A stretch of 64,000 nt of DNA from a virus (lineage: Duplodnaviria > Caudoviricetes), in IMG/VR virus record IMGVR_UViG_3300020050_009209, one strand, 5' to 3'. The notes beneath the pieces were generated by a model that made no database searches, had not been told where the DNA came from, and was given only the letters and a program-made list of their open reading frames with translations. A program made the position numbers and the translations under genes. Each line of letters starts with the position of its first letter. Position 1 is the stretch's first letter. Of the stretch, positions 18,483 to 29,793 are shown one piece after another.

Positions 18483-19925
18483 ATGAAGAATCTACGAACT
18501 GTTCTAAGTCTCCTAGGTCTTGGGCTACTGTCCTGTCATGCCTCAGAGCGTTCTTTGGGCTTGACTCCTGTGTCGTTTACGAAGGGGTCAATCTTCACTA
18601 CGAACTCTGGTACGACCAATTGGGCTTACGTCCCTCTAGCCTACGATAGCTCCCATGCTACGCCGATGCCGATGTTTGTTTGGCTCCATGGGTGTGGCGG
18701 TCGAGGACAGTACGATATCGACATGGTCTCCCCAGGAGGCTCCTCTCAGACCTGGATCTCCCTAGCCGTGGGAGGGCGTGAAGGTTCGTGTTGGTCGAAT
18801 CTAGGAGTGGATGGCCCCAAGGTCCTTGCAGCTATTGCGGACATGAAGTCTCACTTCAATGTGGACTCCCGACGAGTTGTGCTTGGAGGTTACTCCTCTG
18901 GTGGTGACATCGGTTATCCTCTCGTGTTCCAGAATGCAGACATGTTTGCAGGTGCGATCTTCGAGAACACCGCACCTAGTAGCGAAGCTCTTACTCTGGC
19001 ACCCTCCGCAAAGTGGAAGCTCAACCTGGTTCAAATTTCCCACCTATCGGACACTACGTACCCTATCTCTGGAGTTCGGTCAAAAATGGCTACCTTGGCC
19101 AGCCTAGGGTTTCCAGTAAGCACCATCGAGAAGACTGGAACTCACTGGGATAACGACACTGGAACCTCAGGTACCAAATACGACCTGGTGATGTTCGGGC
19201 TACCCTTTCTCAAGCGTGGGTGGGCTACACCAGCTCCTGCTTGTACTTACAGCTACTCGGCATGGGCAACATGCGCCTCCAGCGGATCGCAAACTCGGAC
19301 AATTCTGTCGAGTCTTCCTGCTGGATGTGAGGGGACCCCTCAGCCGCTGCAACAAGCTTGCGTTTACGTGCCTCCTACGTGCTCAGACTTCACCTACTCC
19401 GCTTGGTCGGAGTGTGCCCCAACGAGTAGCCAAACGCGTACAGTACTGACCTCTGCTCCCGCAAGCTGTGTTGGTGGAGCCCCCGTGCTGAGCCAAGCTT
19501 GCACATACACGGTACCCGACCAAGACAAGGACGGGATCGATGACAAGCTGGATGCTTGCCCTACGGTCGCAGGAGTGAGAACTTCGGACCCTACAACGAA
19601 TGGCTGTCTAGCTCTCGTGGTCTCGTCTAAGAAGACTGCGGATTGGGGGACAGGATACTGCCGTAAGTTCTACATGCGCAACCCAAACCCCAAGGCAATG
19701 AAGTGGGTTGACATGACAATCAAGTTGGGGGACGGTCGACTTCGCGGTCCAGGGGCCGTGTGGGGAGGAGTATTTCCGGACCCCGCAGCTACAGGTACCA
19801 TCGTGGTAACTCCAGCAGCCTGGACAAGTACAGTCAACCCTGGAGTTACCATTGAGACGGTAGGCTTGTGCGCCAACTACGGTCCAAGCAAAGTCTCTGC
19901 TTCTGTAGGTAGCCTGAAACTGTAA
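18483..19925 (+). CDS. secreted/lipoprotein alpha-beta hydrolase with TSP1-like repeats, TSP3 Ca-binding repeat and CBM2-like domain
   Basis: Signal ending LLSC; LHGCG; GYSSG nucleophile elbow; two YSAW.C...QTR repeats; DQDKDGIDDKLDACP; DWGTGYC. Confidence 0.75.
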   Translation: MKNLRTVLSLLGLGLLSCHASERSLGLTPVSFTKGSIFTTNSGTTNWAYVPLAYDSSHATPMPMFVWLHGCGGRGQYDIDMVSPGGSSQTWISLAVGGREGSCWSNLGVDGPKVLAAIADMKSHFNVDSRRVVLGGYSSGGDIGYPLVFQNADMFAGAIFENTAPSSEALTLAPSAKWKLNLVQISHLSDTTYPISGVRSKMATLASLGFPVSTIEKTGTHWDNDTGTSGTKYDLVMFGLPFLKRGWATPAPACTYSYSAWATCASSGSQTRTILSSLPAGCEGTPQPLQQACVYVPPTCSDFTYSAWSECAPTSSQTRTVLTSAPASCVGGAPVLSQACTYTVPDQDKDGIDDKLDACPTVAGVRTSDPTTNGCLALVVSSKKTADWGTGYCRKFYMRNPNPKAMKWVDMTIKLGDGRLRGPGAVWGGVFPDPAATGTIVVTPAAWTSTVNPGVTIETVGLCANYGPSKVSASVGSLKL

Positions 19926-19943
19926 AGCGTACCTCTCGAAAGA

Positions 19944-19980
19944 AAGAAGGGAGTCTCCCAATTGGAGACTCCCTTCTTTT
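19944..19980. terminator. bidirectional intrinsic terminator
   Basis: AAAGAAGGGAGTCTC...GAGACTCCCTTCTTTT between convergent genes. Confidence 0.85.
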
Positions 19981-19984
19981 CTGC

Positions 19985-20398
19985 TCATCCGTCTTCGTTG
20001 GGAACTCTGGGTTCATTCCACCCGTAGTGGTCGTGCCAACATTCTAGTACCTCACTAAACGACTCAGGAGGTACAATATCATCAAGGGCATAGTAACTCA
20101 TTACGTCGCTTGAAAGGGCGTTGTAATTGAGGCCAACGGATGGCTTACCCCAAGCATAAGCCATTCCCACCTCTGCCGTAAGGTCTTTGCCGTAGTCTAG
20201 TAGAACCGCAACGAAGAAAAGAGAGGATCGGATCAACTCGACATTACGTTGAAATATGCCTTGCTCAGTTAAGGTCTGATCCGTGTGAGTTATCGCAGAT
20301 ACGGCCTCAAACCCCGCCTCAGTAGCCTGCTTCAGTAGCGCTCTAGTGACGGTTGCATGCTTATTTGGAGAGCAGATATACACTCGTGGAAGTGTCAT
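19985..20398 (-). CDS. nucleoside 2-deoxyribosyltransferase-like protein
   Basis: VYICSP; DLTAEVGMAYAWGKP. Confidence 0.7.
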   Translation of the reverse strand: MTLPRVYICSPNKHATVTRALLKQATEAGFEAVSAITHTDQTLTEQGIFQRNVELIRSSLFFVAVLLDYGKDLTAEVGMAYAWGKPSVGLNYNALSSDVMSYYALDDIVPPESFSEVLECWHDHYGWNEPRVPNEDG

Positions 20399-20655
20399 GG
20401 TTTCGGCTCCTTCTTGCAGATCGAAAACCGAAGCGTGGTGATGTCATATCCGCGCTCCTCTAGTTCGGCGACAAACGACTTAGCATAGGCAATGAATCGT
20501 TCACCGTTGTCACGGTAGTCCACGTACGGGCGCTCGACGCAAAGCACGCTGTACAAGAGGTGCCCATTCGCCTTGTGGTCGGGATGGTGAAATACAAGGT
20601 CCTTCTCCCGCTTGCTCCAGGATGCCTTGAGTGTGTTGGCGTTGGTTCGTTTCAT
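20395..20655 (-). CDS. hypothetical protein
   Basis: Operonic; ELEERGYDITTLRFSI. Confidence 0.65.
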   Translation of the reverse strand: MKRTNANTLKASWSKREKDLVFHHPDHKANGHLLYSVLCVERPYVDYRDNGERFIAYAKSFVAELEERGYDITTLRFSICKKEPKP

Positions 20656-20665
20656 ATCAGGTCCA

Positions 20666-21238
20666 CTACCTATAGTCCCTTCGCCTAAGTGGCTTACCTA
20701 CACGAACCTTGTGCCCTACTGTCTTGTCCTCTTCCCTAGGAAGAACCGTAACGCAAACGGGTCGAGACTTACCGCCATCCCGACGCATGACGAATATTAC
20801 CCCAGAGGTACTTACCCACTGCTCATCCCCAGTGAGAGTTTTCTCTCGGATAGGGGTAGCGGTCTTAGCCTCTTCCGTCAGGTAAGCTATTGCCCTCTCC
20901 AAGGGTTCGCTGCGGAGGTGACGTTCGGCATACCGCTCAAAGGCATGATTCGTTACCACGAAGGGGAGACGGTAGTGGCAAAGGAGCTTTACAATAGCTA
21001 GCCCTCTTTCCTCTTTTTGCCGCCTGACTTCCTCTCGGGTCTTCGTGTAACGTGGGGATACCCTTAAGTCTTTAGCTAACTTAAGGTTGTTGCGACCAGC
21101 AGCTGTTTGCGCGGTAAGTATGCTAAGACACGCCTCTTGGGTCCTACCCTCTTTAGCTGCCAGAGCACATAGAAGGTCGACCTCGTCTTGAGTAAGGTCC
21201 CTAAGGCAAGCCTCTTTTACCAGTTCGTCGAGAGTCAT
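20666..21238 (-). CDS. hypothetical protein, possible RelE/BECR-like C-terminal domain
   Basis: VTNHAFERYAER...IFV....VCVTVL. Confidence 0.4.
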   Translation of the reverse strand: MTLDELVKEACLRDLTQDEVDLLCALAAKEGRTQEACLSILTAQTAAGRNNLKLAKDLRVSPRYTKTREEVRRQKEERGLAIVKLLCHYRLPFVVTNHAFERYAERHLRSEPLERAIAYLTEEAKTATPIREKTLTGDEQWVSTSGVIFVMRRDGGKSRPVCVTVLPREEDKTVGHKVRVGKPLRRRDYR

Positions 21239-21289
21239 GACTTGACTGAGTTTTCATTTTGAATAAGACGTTTGTAGGTTAGTGTAGGT

Positions 21290-21463
21290 GTGAAAAGAGT
21301 TGACACACATCAGAGCCCTGAACCTCACGTCGAATGTCTAGACCCCGCATGTTGTGCGTGTGAGTGCGCAACATGCAAACGTGAGTGGTTTGCAGCGAAT
21401 CGACCTAACCCGAGGGATTGCTTTACGCACAACCCCCCAAAGTCAAGGTTTGATCGAATCTAG
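21290..21463 (+). CDS. 57-aa Cys-rich protein (absent from ORF track)
   Basis: GTG start; HVECLDPACCACECATC; ends PPKSRFDRI. Confidence 0.6.
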   Translation: MKRVDTHQSPEPHVECLDPACCACECATCKREWFAANRPNPRDCFTHNPPKSRFDRI

Positions 21464-21933
21464 TACATACACTTTGGAGTCTGCCGACACAACGTTCGCA
21501 TACCTCCAGGATTTTGCTCTCGCCAGGCCTCAGTTACAGCAGGGTCATACCCCCCACAGCAAGCACATGGAAGGGAGTCTGACTTTGTAGACAAAGTTCG
21601 GTATCGCAGCTTCTTGATAGCTGTAAACCATCGACTATTCAGGTTAGTCGTCTTAGGGTCAGACTTCACCTTACGTGCATAGGCGGCTCTTAGTAGAGCT
21701 AAGCCATCTTTGGAGTTCTCTTCAACCGCCAACCAGAGTGCCAACTGACAGGCATCGTTCGCTTGCTGGCGCTCCCAAAACACCTCTGTGAACTCAGAGC
21801 CCGATGGCTCACAACTCCTTATCCCGTTCTCATCTGGATGGTGCTCCATCCCGCACAAGTGACAACCAAAGTCAATTCGAGTGATTTCCTCAGGTGTGAG
21901 CATAGACCTCAAGTAGGGTAAGGTATAGGGGGA

Positions 21934-22554
21934 TTAACCCTCGACAGAGAGGCCTGCCGAGGCGAGGATGCGACGGGCTGCCTCGTAGGTGTCCCCACGA
22001 ATACTACCGCTCACCTCCCACGTCGCGAGCATGTCCTTTAGCACCTTCACAGCTTCGGCATCACGCCTGTCTCGATTGACAAGAGTAGTAACCGCGTCTT
22101 TTGCCTCCTCAGGTCGAACTCCAAGTAGGTCCCCTATGCGATGCAGGTCTATTTGTGACCTGTCTCTTTGACTTGCTGTTTCCTCAGCAGACTGGCGTAG
22201 AGTCTCATAGTACAACTTAAGGAGGGCTAGCTCATTCTCAGCTTTCTCCGCTCTTTTTAGAGAGTCATTACCCTTTAGAACGTCACTGCCCTTTTCACGT
22301 AGCGCCTCATGGGTAAGACCCTCTGCTTTAAGGTTTTCCAAGTCCACCTTTTCAGGAGAGATTCGATTTGCTAGATGCTCCGCGTAGCTAGCCAGCCACC
22401 CATTGGAGTACAGCGTTTCCTTGTCTGGAGTAGCCCCTTTTACGAGTTCTTCCACTACTCCACAAGGAAGATGGTCCCGCATCAACGAATACAGGAAGCT
22501 TACAAGCCTGCTTGTAGACCTCACTTCCCCACTCACTTCTCGAATGTCACTCAT
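21934..22554 (-). CDS. hypothetical coiled-coil protein
   Basis: Start MSDIREV overlaps upstream kinase stop. Confidence 0.65.
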   Translation of the reverse strand: MSDIREVSGEVRSTSRLVSFLYSLMRDHLPCGVVEELVKGATPDKETLYSNGWLASYAEHLANRISPEKVDLENLKAEGLTHEALREKGSDVLKGNDSLKRAEKAENELALLKLYYETLRQSAEETASQRDRSQIDLHRIGDLLGVRPEEAKDAVTTLVNRDRRDAEAVKVLKDMLATWEVSGSIRGDTYEAARRILASAGLSVEG

Positions 22555-23038
22555 CGAATTCCCCAAGGTTGTAGTCCGGGTCGAAGTCCACAACCTCCAT
22601 GGCCCAGTAAGAAGGGCACTTTCGATTGCGAATTTGGACATCCATTTGATAGATGGTCGTGTCAGGCACCTTGTGGATGTTACGCTTGATTGCTGTCTTT
22701 GGGTTGCACAGAATCGTAACAGCCTTCGCCTCATATCCGAATGCAGCTGCGGCTTGCATGTAAGGAGCCAACTCGGCCACATCAGTGTTGGTGTTGTCTA
22801 CCACCACACACTCCACCCCAGCCTGGAGAGACTCAATGAAGTTTCTGAAACATGCGTTATGAGCTTGCCCGATTTGAAGAGGATCAAATCGATACTCCCC
22901 TCCCACCATGAAAAAGTCGTCAGCTGAAACCACCTTAGCGGTTGGCCACATCGTTTTCGCCACCGTGGACTTACCCGAACCTGGAATCCCGCAAAGAACA
23001 AAAACCTGCTTCATTTCAACCTTAATCTTGGTGCTCAT
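22547..23038 (-). CDS. P-loop kinase (AAA_33 / polynucleotide-kinase-like)
   Basis: GIPGSGKST, SADD, VVDNTN, RNIH.VP. Confidence 0.85.
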   Translation of the reverse strand: MSTKIKVEMKQVFVLCGIPGSGKSTVAKTMWPTAKVVSADDFFMVGGEYRFDPLQIGQAHNACFRNFIESLQAGVECVVVDNTNTDVAELAPYMQAAAAFGYEAKAVTILCNPKTAIKRNIHKVPDTTIYQMDVQIRNRKCPSYWAMEVVDFDPDYNLGEFDE

Positions 23039-23416
23039 TTGTCTTCGAGTACCCTAGTGCCTTGAGCAAGTTGGTGGGGAGTATTGTCTACCAAGTAGTC
23101 AACCAGTGCGTGCATAGCATCCGATACACCACCCGTTATGTGAGCACGGCCTAGAAATTGATCGTCGACCCGATCGTAGGTAGGTACTCTCCCACCACTT
23201 ACAGTGGATACCGAGCGCTGCCATCTCTCCAGTGTTGCCCCTCTATCGGAGATGCGCAGGTGCACCCAACGTCCGCTTGTATGGTGCGCCTGCACATCTA
23301 CTCGTCTAGCAACCGAGTCAACCTCTACCGAGCGCAGCTCCCACCCAAGCCTAGCAAGCTGGATAGTTGGAACGGTAAGTTGCACTGATAGCTCAGTTGA
23401 GATCATTCGTTAAGCT

Positions 23417-23842
23417 TTACTCTACGCTCAGGACCATGACAGCAAAACCAGCCTTCTTAGCCTTGTAGGCCAGATCCCGGCTTCGGGTTGCGTTGTAGGT
23501 CTTTCCCCCAAAGGTAGCCGTAAATCCACCTCCAACACGGTTCCTGATGAACACGGTACCGTTGGTCGCCTGAGTAGCAGCAGGCTTCGAGGCAGCAGGA
23601 TTCGAGACTGGCTTGGGGGCAGGAGGAGCAGGAACGTATCGTGCTGCCTTTACCTCCTTGACTGCCTTCGGCTTGGGAGCCGCCTTGACCTTGGCCTTGG
23701 GAGCCTTGACCTTGGAAACCTTGGCTGGGGCTGGGGTTGCCAGAGACTGCAACTCCGTCAGGGGGACCTTTCGGATCTCAGAGAGAATGGCAGTGGCAAA
23801 CGACATGGCAATGGCTTTGATGGAGGCTTCGAGATTCGTCAT
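23417..23842 (-). CDS. Lys/Ala/Pro-rich basic protein (possible DNA binding)
   Basis: PAKVSKVKAPKAKVKAAPKPK low-complexity tract. Confidence 0.55.
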   Translation of the reverse strand: MTNLEASIKAIAMSFATAILSEIRKVPLTELQSLATPAPAKVSKVKAPKAKVKAAPKPKAVKEVKAARYVPAPPAPKPVSNPAASKPAATQATNGTVFIRNRVGGGFTATFGGKTYNATRSRDLAYKAKKAGFAVMVLSVE

Positions 23843-24615
23843 GATTTTCTCTTATTTGGGGGTAAATGGTAGGGGTTTCTCTTTGAGAGCCTACCGTGGG
23901 TGTTCAGTACCTTAGCGAGTTACTGCTTTTCCGTCAACAACTTTCTCAGACCAGTTAAGTTTAGGCTCATCCTTGCAGGTGAAGGTGTGCAGCTCGTACC
24001 CTTGGAGGTACTTGATGATGAACGTGCATCCACCTACGGAGCAAACGAACGGCTTCATGGCCGTCCTCTCGGGAAGTAGTAGCGAAGAGCCATGATGTCT
24101 ACACCAAAATGTCTGGCGGCATCATCATAAGCGGCACGCTCACAGGCTAGGGGGTCCTGAGACTCCTGAGACTTGGGAGGGTTCTTCGTCTCCACGTCTT
24201 CCGTCTGCTTAGTTTTATCTGTCATGCTAGACCCTACGTAGAAGACTACACCGGGCTTAAGGTAATTTTGTTGGGATGGGTGCACTGACACAAGAAATAA
24301 GCTCCCGCTGAGCCTTGACCCAATCTTCCTTGCCCGTATTTTCGCAGGAAAGCTTCTGGACGAGACTCTGCAACTTGTATCGCAGGTCTCCCTTGTGCCG
24401 GTAGAAGCAGTAGTCTTCAATAGTGTAAGCTGTAGCATGCCCGTAGGCATCGTGGATACGGCCATTAGCTAGCTTGTACTGGCGTCCGGCTACAGTAAAG
24501 TACTGCCTGCCTACCTTGGTGACGACTTCTTTCCGATCGTCTAGACGGTTAACATCCACGATAACAACGGGGGTCCCTACGCTTACCTTCAACATGCTCA
24601 CCTTTACTTCACCAT

Positions 24616-24687
24616 CTACGTGAGCTGAGGTGGGAATTTAACCGAAAAAGACGTTAAGGCTCGGACGCCACGTTACGTTATAGAAGC
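24616..24687. promoter_or_regulatory. divergent pair of class I motifs
   Basis: Minus GTTAA(24642)-N17-CGTAG; plus GTTAA(24653)-N18-CGTT, ATG 24688. Confidence 0.65.
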
Positions 24688-24948
24688 ATGGCAACCTTCC
24701 GAAAGAATACGCAGGGCGATTGGGTGGTCCTTGGGGCATCTGACGAGGTGGTCCCTGGGACCTTCTGTCAGGTCTTCAAGAGGGATGGGAGCGTCCGTCG
24801 CATCTTTATCACTGGGGTGGGAGCACCTTTCGATGTGTCTGGCACCCCCATGGTGTATGGTTACATCGGAACGGCTCCTCGCACGGAGCGAAAGACCAAA
24901 GCTAGGAGCGAGTCTCCGAGGGAAGAGAACTTCGCGCTGCCATGGTAA
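24688..24948 (+). CDS. hypothetical protein
   Basis: Downstream of class I motif. Confidence 0.7.
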   Translation: MATFRKNTQGDWVVLGASDEVVPGTFCQVFKRDGSVRRIFITGVGAPFDVSGTPMVYGYIGTAPRTERKTKARSESPREENFALPW

Positions 24949-24963
24949 GCACAATGAAAGAGA

Positions 24964-25275
24964 GTGCCTCAAATGGGCTGGGCTGACTCCTACATCGCAA
25001 AGCTACAGTCGGGGGAGGTTGTTAGCTTCCGCCCCCGAGGTAACTCTATGCAAGGCAGAATCGAGTCCGGTCAACTTGTAACTCTAGAGCCCCCAACCCA
25101 CCCTGTAGAAACAGGCTGTATTGTCTTGTGTAAGGTAGCTGGAGCCCAGTACTTACACTTGGTTTTGGCGGTAGGTGCGGACGGCCGATACAAGATCGGT
25201 AACAATAAGGGTCGTGTGAATGGGTGGTGCACGCCATCCCAAGTGTACGGAATTCTTACTAAAGTTGAGGCTTGA
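24964..25275 (+). CDS. S24/S26 peptidase-like protein
   Basis: GNSM...I.SG..V; G.IV.C. Confidence 0.6.
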   Translation: MPQMGWADSYIAKLQSGEVVSFRPRGNSMQGRIESGQLVTLEPPTHPVETGCIVLCKVAGAQYLHLVLAVGADGRYKIGNNKGRVNGWCTPSQVYGILTKVEA

Positions 25276-25917
25276 GTGACAGGTAACATGAAGACAGATA
25301 CCGTTTTGGACCTCCAGTCGTGGGCCAATGCCAATGAGCCGGGCAAGGAGATGTTCTACGCCCAAGGTTTTTGGAATCAAGTCATGTTCTTACGGGACGA
25401 TGTTGCGGGAGTACTGAGTTCTGGCTCGAACATCTACCCGAAGATCGAGGGTAGGGTAATCTCCCAACACAGGTCGAAGTCTGTAAACCTACCCGTCGTA
25501 GCTTTTGCCCGCCCTGACCTGGAGTTGCGGATTGTCCTGCGAAACAACTTCTACAACTGGAAGATGAGCGTCAGCTCCTCGACCCCCATCGAAGCCGACT
25601 TCACTGGCTTGTTCATCGAGTCGCCCCCGTTGGAGCCTGATTACACTGGGGACAACCTTTCCAGAGTGTACTTCGAGGGGTTCCCACACGAGGAAATCTT
25701 CGGATACCGAAAGTCCAACTCTCTCAAGTGGAGTGCTGAGATTCACGGCAACTTTAACCTGATGACAACTCTGTTCCTCATCATGCGAGGGCTGGGTCAG
25801 GTGAAGCCTCTCGTGTATAACACAAGAGCTACGCACAAGATTCAGCTAGAGGAGGATGGTAAACGTCTTGACAAGTACTTGGCTGAGGCAAGAGCCAAAC
25901 GAGAAGCCCAAACATGA
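25276..25917 (+). CDS. hypothetical protein
   Basis: 213-aa operonic ORF. Confidence 0.7.
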   Translation: MTGNMKTDTVLDLQSWANANEPGKEMFYAQGFWNQVMFLRDDVAGVLSSGSNIYPKIEGRVISQHRSKSVNLPVVAFARPDLELRIVLRNNFYNWKMSVSSSTPIEADFTGLFIESPPLEPDYTGDNLSRVYFEGFPHEEIFGYRKSNSLKWSAEIHGNFNLMTTLFLIMRGLGQVKPLVYNTRATHKIQLEEDGKRLDKYLAEARAKREAQT

Positions 25918-26335
25918 GTCAACAGTACACCTACATTGGGCCATACCTAGAGTATACAGTCAAGGACCACGAGAGGGGATGGTATCCTGATCAGGATGTC
26001 TATACATCCCGCCTTAAACGGCTAGAGCAGAGGCTTCGGGATTTGAAACCTCCATGTCTACTAGAACTCCACACTCTCGCCAAAGTCTACTCAATTCAGA
26101 TGCTATGTGGGCAAAGATTGCCTTTGGATCTGTCTCTGTGGGGTTGGATTCCAACTTAGCGGTAGTCGGGATCATTATCACCAAGTAATCGCCCGTCATC
26201 ACGTATCCGTTCATCACGTACCTTACTTTGAGCTTAACCAAAGGCTTTGACAGGCATTGACCATGTCTGGCACCAAGCACCCGCGAGACCTGACAGCCTC
26301 AGCCGTCTCTCCCAAGATAGGGATGGGACCTCGCA

Positions 26336-27094
26336 TCACGTACCTCCTGCCATCTCAGACCAACGTGCCGATAACATTCGAGCGTAATCCGCTGGCTTCA
26401 GCCCATAGTGCCCAAAAGAGTACCCTTCGTTGCGCTCTACGAGTAGAGTAAGGCCATCGGAGGTTACCCCCCAATCACAACAGTAGGCAATGGGTGCCCC
26501 TGCTTCTTGATGAGCTGCTGTAGCTTGCTCGATAATGAGTCTGTCAGGGGCTTTCGACCAATCCCCACGATACAGACGAACATCTAGAATACGTCCTTGC
26601 AAGATGAATGCTCGGTACTCAGCTACAAACTGCACTGGAGTTGACGTCCAAAGCAGAGTGTCATCAGGCACGGTTACGGTCCTAGCTCTAGACTCAACAT
26701 CTCCAATCCAAAGCAGGCCTGTAAAGAGCTTGTGCTCCTTCGGCTTGATGAAGATAGGCTCGATACTGGAGCGAACTTCGATCATGGTTGCCGTACCAAG
26801 AGTACGCCCTAAGTAAGGTTGGAGTTCCTCTGGATAGTCCACGTTTTCCGGTGGGGTCTTACCCATGGCTTTGAGTCCTGCATGGACGTCTCCAATGAAC
26901 CCAGCAACTCCTACTGTAGGGCTTAGGTCCACCTTTTCAGCAAGATCGTCGACCCAGTAGAAGGGTTTCGTTTCTACCCCATGCGTCCACATGCCCCTAC
27001 GAGCATAGTCGCACAACTCGCCATCGGGAAATTCTTCTCGATATCGAACGTAGAAGGCAGTGGCTTCAATGTTACCTAAGATAGGATACGACAT
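26336..27094 (-). CDS. ATP-grasp protein (DUF4343/R2K-like)
   Basis: DYPEEL..YLGR, FIKP...KLFTG, EYR.F, D.G.....L.E.N. Confidence 0.8.
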   Translation of the reverse strand: MSYPILGNIEATAFYVRYREEFPDGELCDYARRGMWTHGVETKPFYWVDDLAEKVDLSPTVGVAGFIGDVHAGLKAMGKTPPENVDYPEELQPYLGRTLGTATMIEVRSSIEPIFIKPKEHKLFTGLLWIGDVESRARTVTVPDDTLLWTSTPVQFVAEYRAFILQGRILDVRLYRGDWSKAPDRLIIEQATAAHQEAGAPIAYCCDWGVTSDGLTLLVERNEGYSFGHYGLKPADYARMLSARWSEMAGGT

Positions 27095-27695
27095 AGGCTA
27101 GCCCTCTACGAACATACAGGTGCGGGACATTGTCTCTACCCACAACAAGCTCCCAATCCCCCTTGGGGTTAGACTTCACCGTTCGCTCCTTACGCACACC
27201 TTCATCCCAATCCATCTTAGGTTGTGGCAAAGCCAGCATGGAAACTGGGAACTTACGGTGCAAGTCGATTACATCCAAGCTGTAGCTACGAACTGCCTTT
27301 AGGCAGGCTTTGAGCTTACGATCCAAACTCATCTTTTTGTAGGCCTTTGGCGGGTCATTGTCGAGGGTGTACCCCTTCACGATGATGACTTGCTGTAACA
27401 GCTTAGCTAGCTCTATGTCTAGTGGAGGGCTCAAAAGTCCCTGAGGTGAGGGAGCTAGACAAGTCAACTCACAGAACAACCTACGAAGCTCTGGAGTAAG
27501 TTTTGGCCTCCACTGGTAATCCTCCCCCCAGTATCGACGTTCTAGTGTGGTTGGGTCGCAAATCCCAATAGGTGTGTCAACTAACTTCGTCGTCAACTCA
27601 GCTAGAGTCTCAAAGCATGCGTTAAGCTGTAAGCTAAGGAATTGGCCGGTATTGAGCTGTAGGCTGACAAGTTGGTCTGTAGATGAGCGGGGCAT
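27072..27695 (-). CDS. hypothetical protein
   Basis: 207-aa operonic ORF. Confidence 0.6.
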   Translation of the reverse strand: MPRSSTDQLVSLQLNTGQFLSLQLNACFETLAELTTKLVDTPIGICDPTTLERRYWGEDYQWRPKLTPELRRLFCELTCLAPSPQGLLSPPLDIELAKLLQQVIIVKGYTLDNDPPKAYKKMSLDRKLKACLKAVRSYSLDVIDLHRKFPVSMLALPQPKMDWDEGVRKERTVKSNPKGDWELVVGRDNVPHLYVRRGLAYVVSYLR

Positions 27696-29793
27696 TATCT
27701 TTCTCCGTACTTCGCTTCAATGTAGTGGGACAGGTACACACCAATGACTACCCCTACAGCGACTAGTCGATCCAAGGAAACCAAACCGCTTGAGAGTAGA
27801 TGGACTGACATCCCCAACACAAATATGGTCAACGTGGATAGGAACCCAGCAAGGAGTAACCCCCAGAAAGCATTAGTAGCTGGGGTTCCCCTCATAGCGC
27901 ATCCAAACTAGCTGCTATATCAAGTAGACGCTTACATCGTACGCAGGTAACGTTAGCTATTTTGCCACTGTGAGCCCCCCTGGCCGCAATCCGGTCCCTA
28001 TCTCGACCATTTAGACAAGCAGACCGCCCCTTCTCATGTAGACCACACCTAATGACAGACAGCTCGCCAGAGTAGTGGACGACTATCTTTGATGGCTTTT
28101 CTCTTCTCTGCCACTCCGCGTCCCACTCGAACTCCAAGAGCTTATTGACCGCCTCAATATGGGTTATCAATGCTCTTTTCCTATCTCCAGATAGGAGAGC
28201 TTTTGACGCTGCTAAGACCTCAACGATAGCCTTTGCGTGAGCTTGAGCCCTGCGGGAATTCTTGACCCACTCTCCGTACACCTCAGGTCGATAGACCTGA
28301 ACAGGGTCGTTCATGTCGAAGTTGACATGGCTTGCTTCGTACTCGTAGGGTTCGGTCATGGTTTTCCCAGCTTGAATCCGATCAACAACTCCAGTCCAGC
28401 CTTTGCCAGGCGATCCCGCCACGAATTATCTCTGCCTTGACATCGGATAATGGTTTTCGTACAGCGGTCCTTGGCTGGAATGCTCCTTCCGTCGTGGTAC
28501 ATCTTGCACTCGCACCCCTCGAAGGACTCCCAGATCGCTTTGCGAAGGGCCTTCTCTCTTTCCGCTAAACGCCACCAAATTTTGGGTTACGCTATCGGAA
28601 GTTGGAGGGCCCCCCAGTGCAGCTCGGCATCGTCCAATGAAGTCCCGTTCTTCTTGCGCTTCCTCTTTGTCAAGGTCGCCAGATTCCTCACTTGCCTCTA
28701 CCGCCATATCTAGGTGGGTGCATGCCTCTTGCAGCGTCGTTTTCAGCCTCTCCACCTCCGCCTCAGCGGCAAGCACCATGGGTCCGAGCCTCTGAATAAG
28801 CTCCTCATCCATGAGAGTGCGAGCCTCCGCAGCCTGAAGCCGCGCGGAGATCTTTACATTCTCGGCAAGAAGGTCCCTCACATCATCTAGGACCTGGATC
28901 GTGAGACAGTCACGAGAGTCCATAATCCCGTTAGCCCACGCCATGTTTCGCAGTCGTTCCCTTGAATCTTCTGTTGTCTTCATGTTGCCGGATGTGCAAT
29001 TGGAGTATTTGGCTTCTTTCGGATTCCGTAAGTGGTGCGCTTACGGTTCCCATGGTTGGCTACCCCCCAGCCATCGAGATCTCTACGGACCCAAGCTTTC
29101 AGCTCAGCCACAATGAGCTTAGCTTCACGCTTGTAAGCTGCGAGGTCTAGGACCATCCCATTTACTTCGATAGGCTCAGCTTCACAGGTTTCCACTTGGG
29201 CCTTTGTTCCCCATCCTACGGATAGCTCCTTGAGTGCTTTCTCACACATAGCTACTCTCGCAGATAGAGTCCGATTACGAAACTTCATGGCCATTGCTAG
29301 CACACCAGGGACCCCAGGAGGCCACTGATCTCTGGTAAACCGAGAGGCGCTCATGGAGCCCATCAAACTTTCAGGGGTGACCACCTTGTTCTTCTTTCGC
29401 AAGGTATTCGCCCGATACTTAAGTAGCTCAAGTAGAGTCATCTAGTCACTCGCCTTTCGTAAATTCGGTAATGATTCTCGTAGGCCAGTCCACACTCCAA
29501 TCATACCGATTGACACAGAGTCTATGGATCTCAGTCACTAGCTCTAGTTCTTTTTCTCCCCAATTGCAGGTGCTCCCGTAAAGTACGTAATCGTGAGCCA
29601 CTGGCTCGACCTTATAGCCCACAGCTGGAGAGGTAATTTGCTCTCGTACTATACCATAGGAGAAGGGTAGTGTGCCTCCTTCCCCTTTGTTAACATCTAC
29701 GAATCGAATCAGGTCCCCAGGCTTGAACTTGAACTTGACATTCTCTGCCCAAAAGTTGTTGAGCAGCTCCCTTTTCTCGTCTTCTGTCATGCT

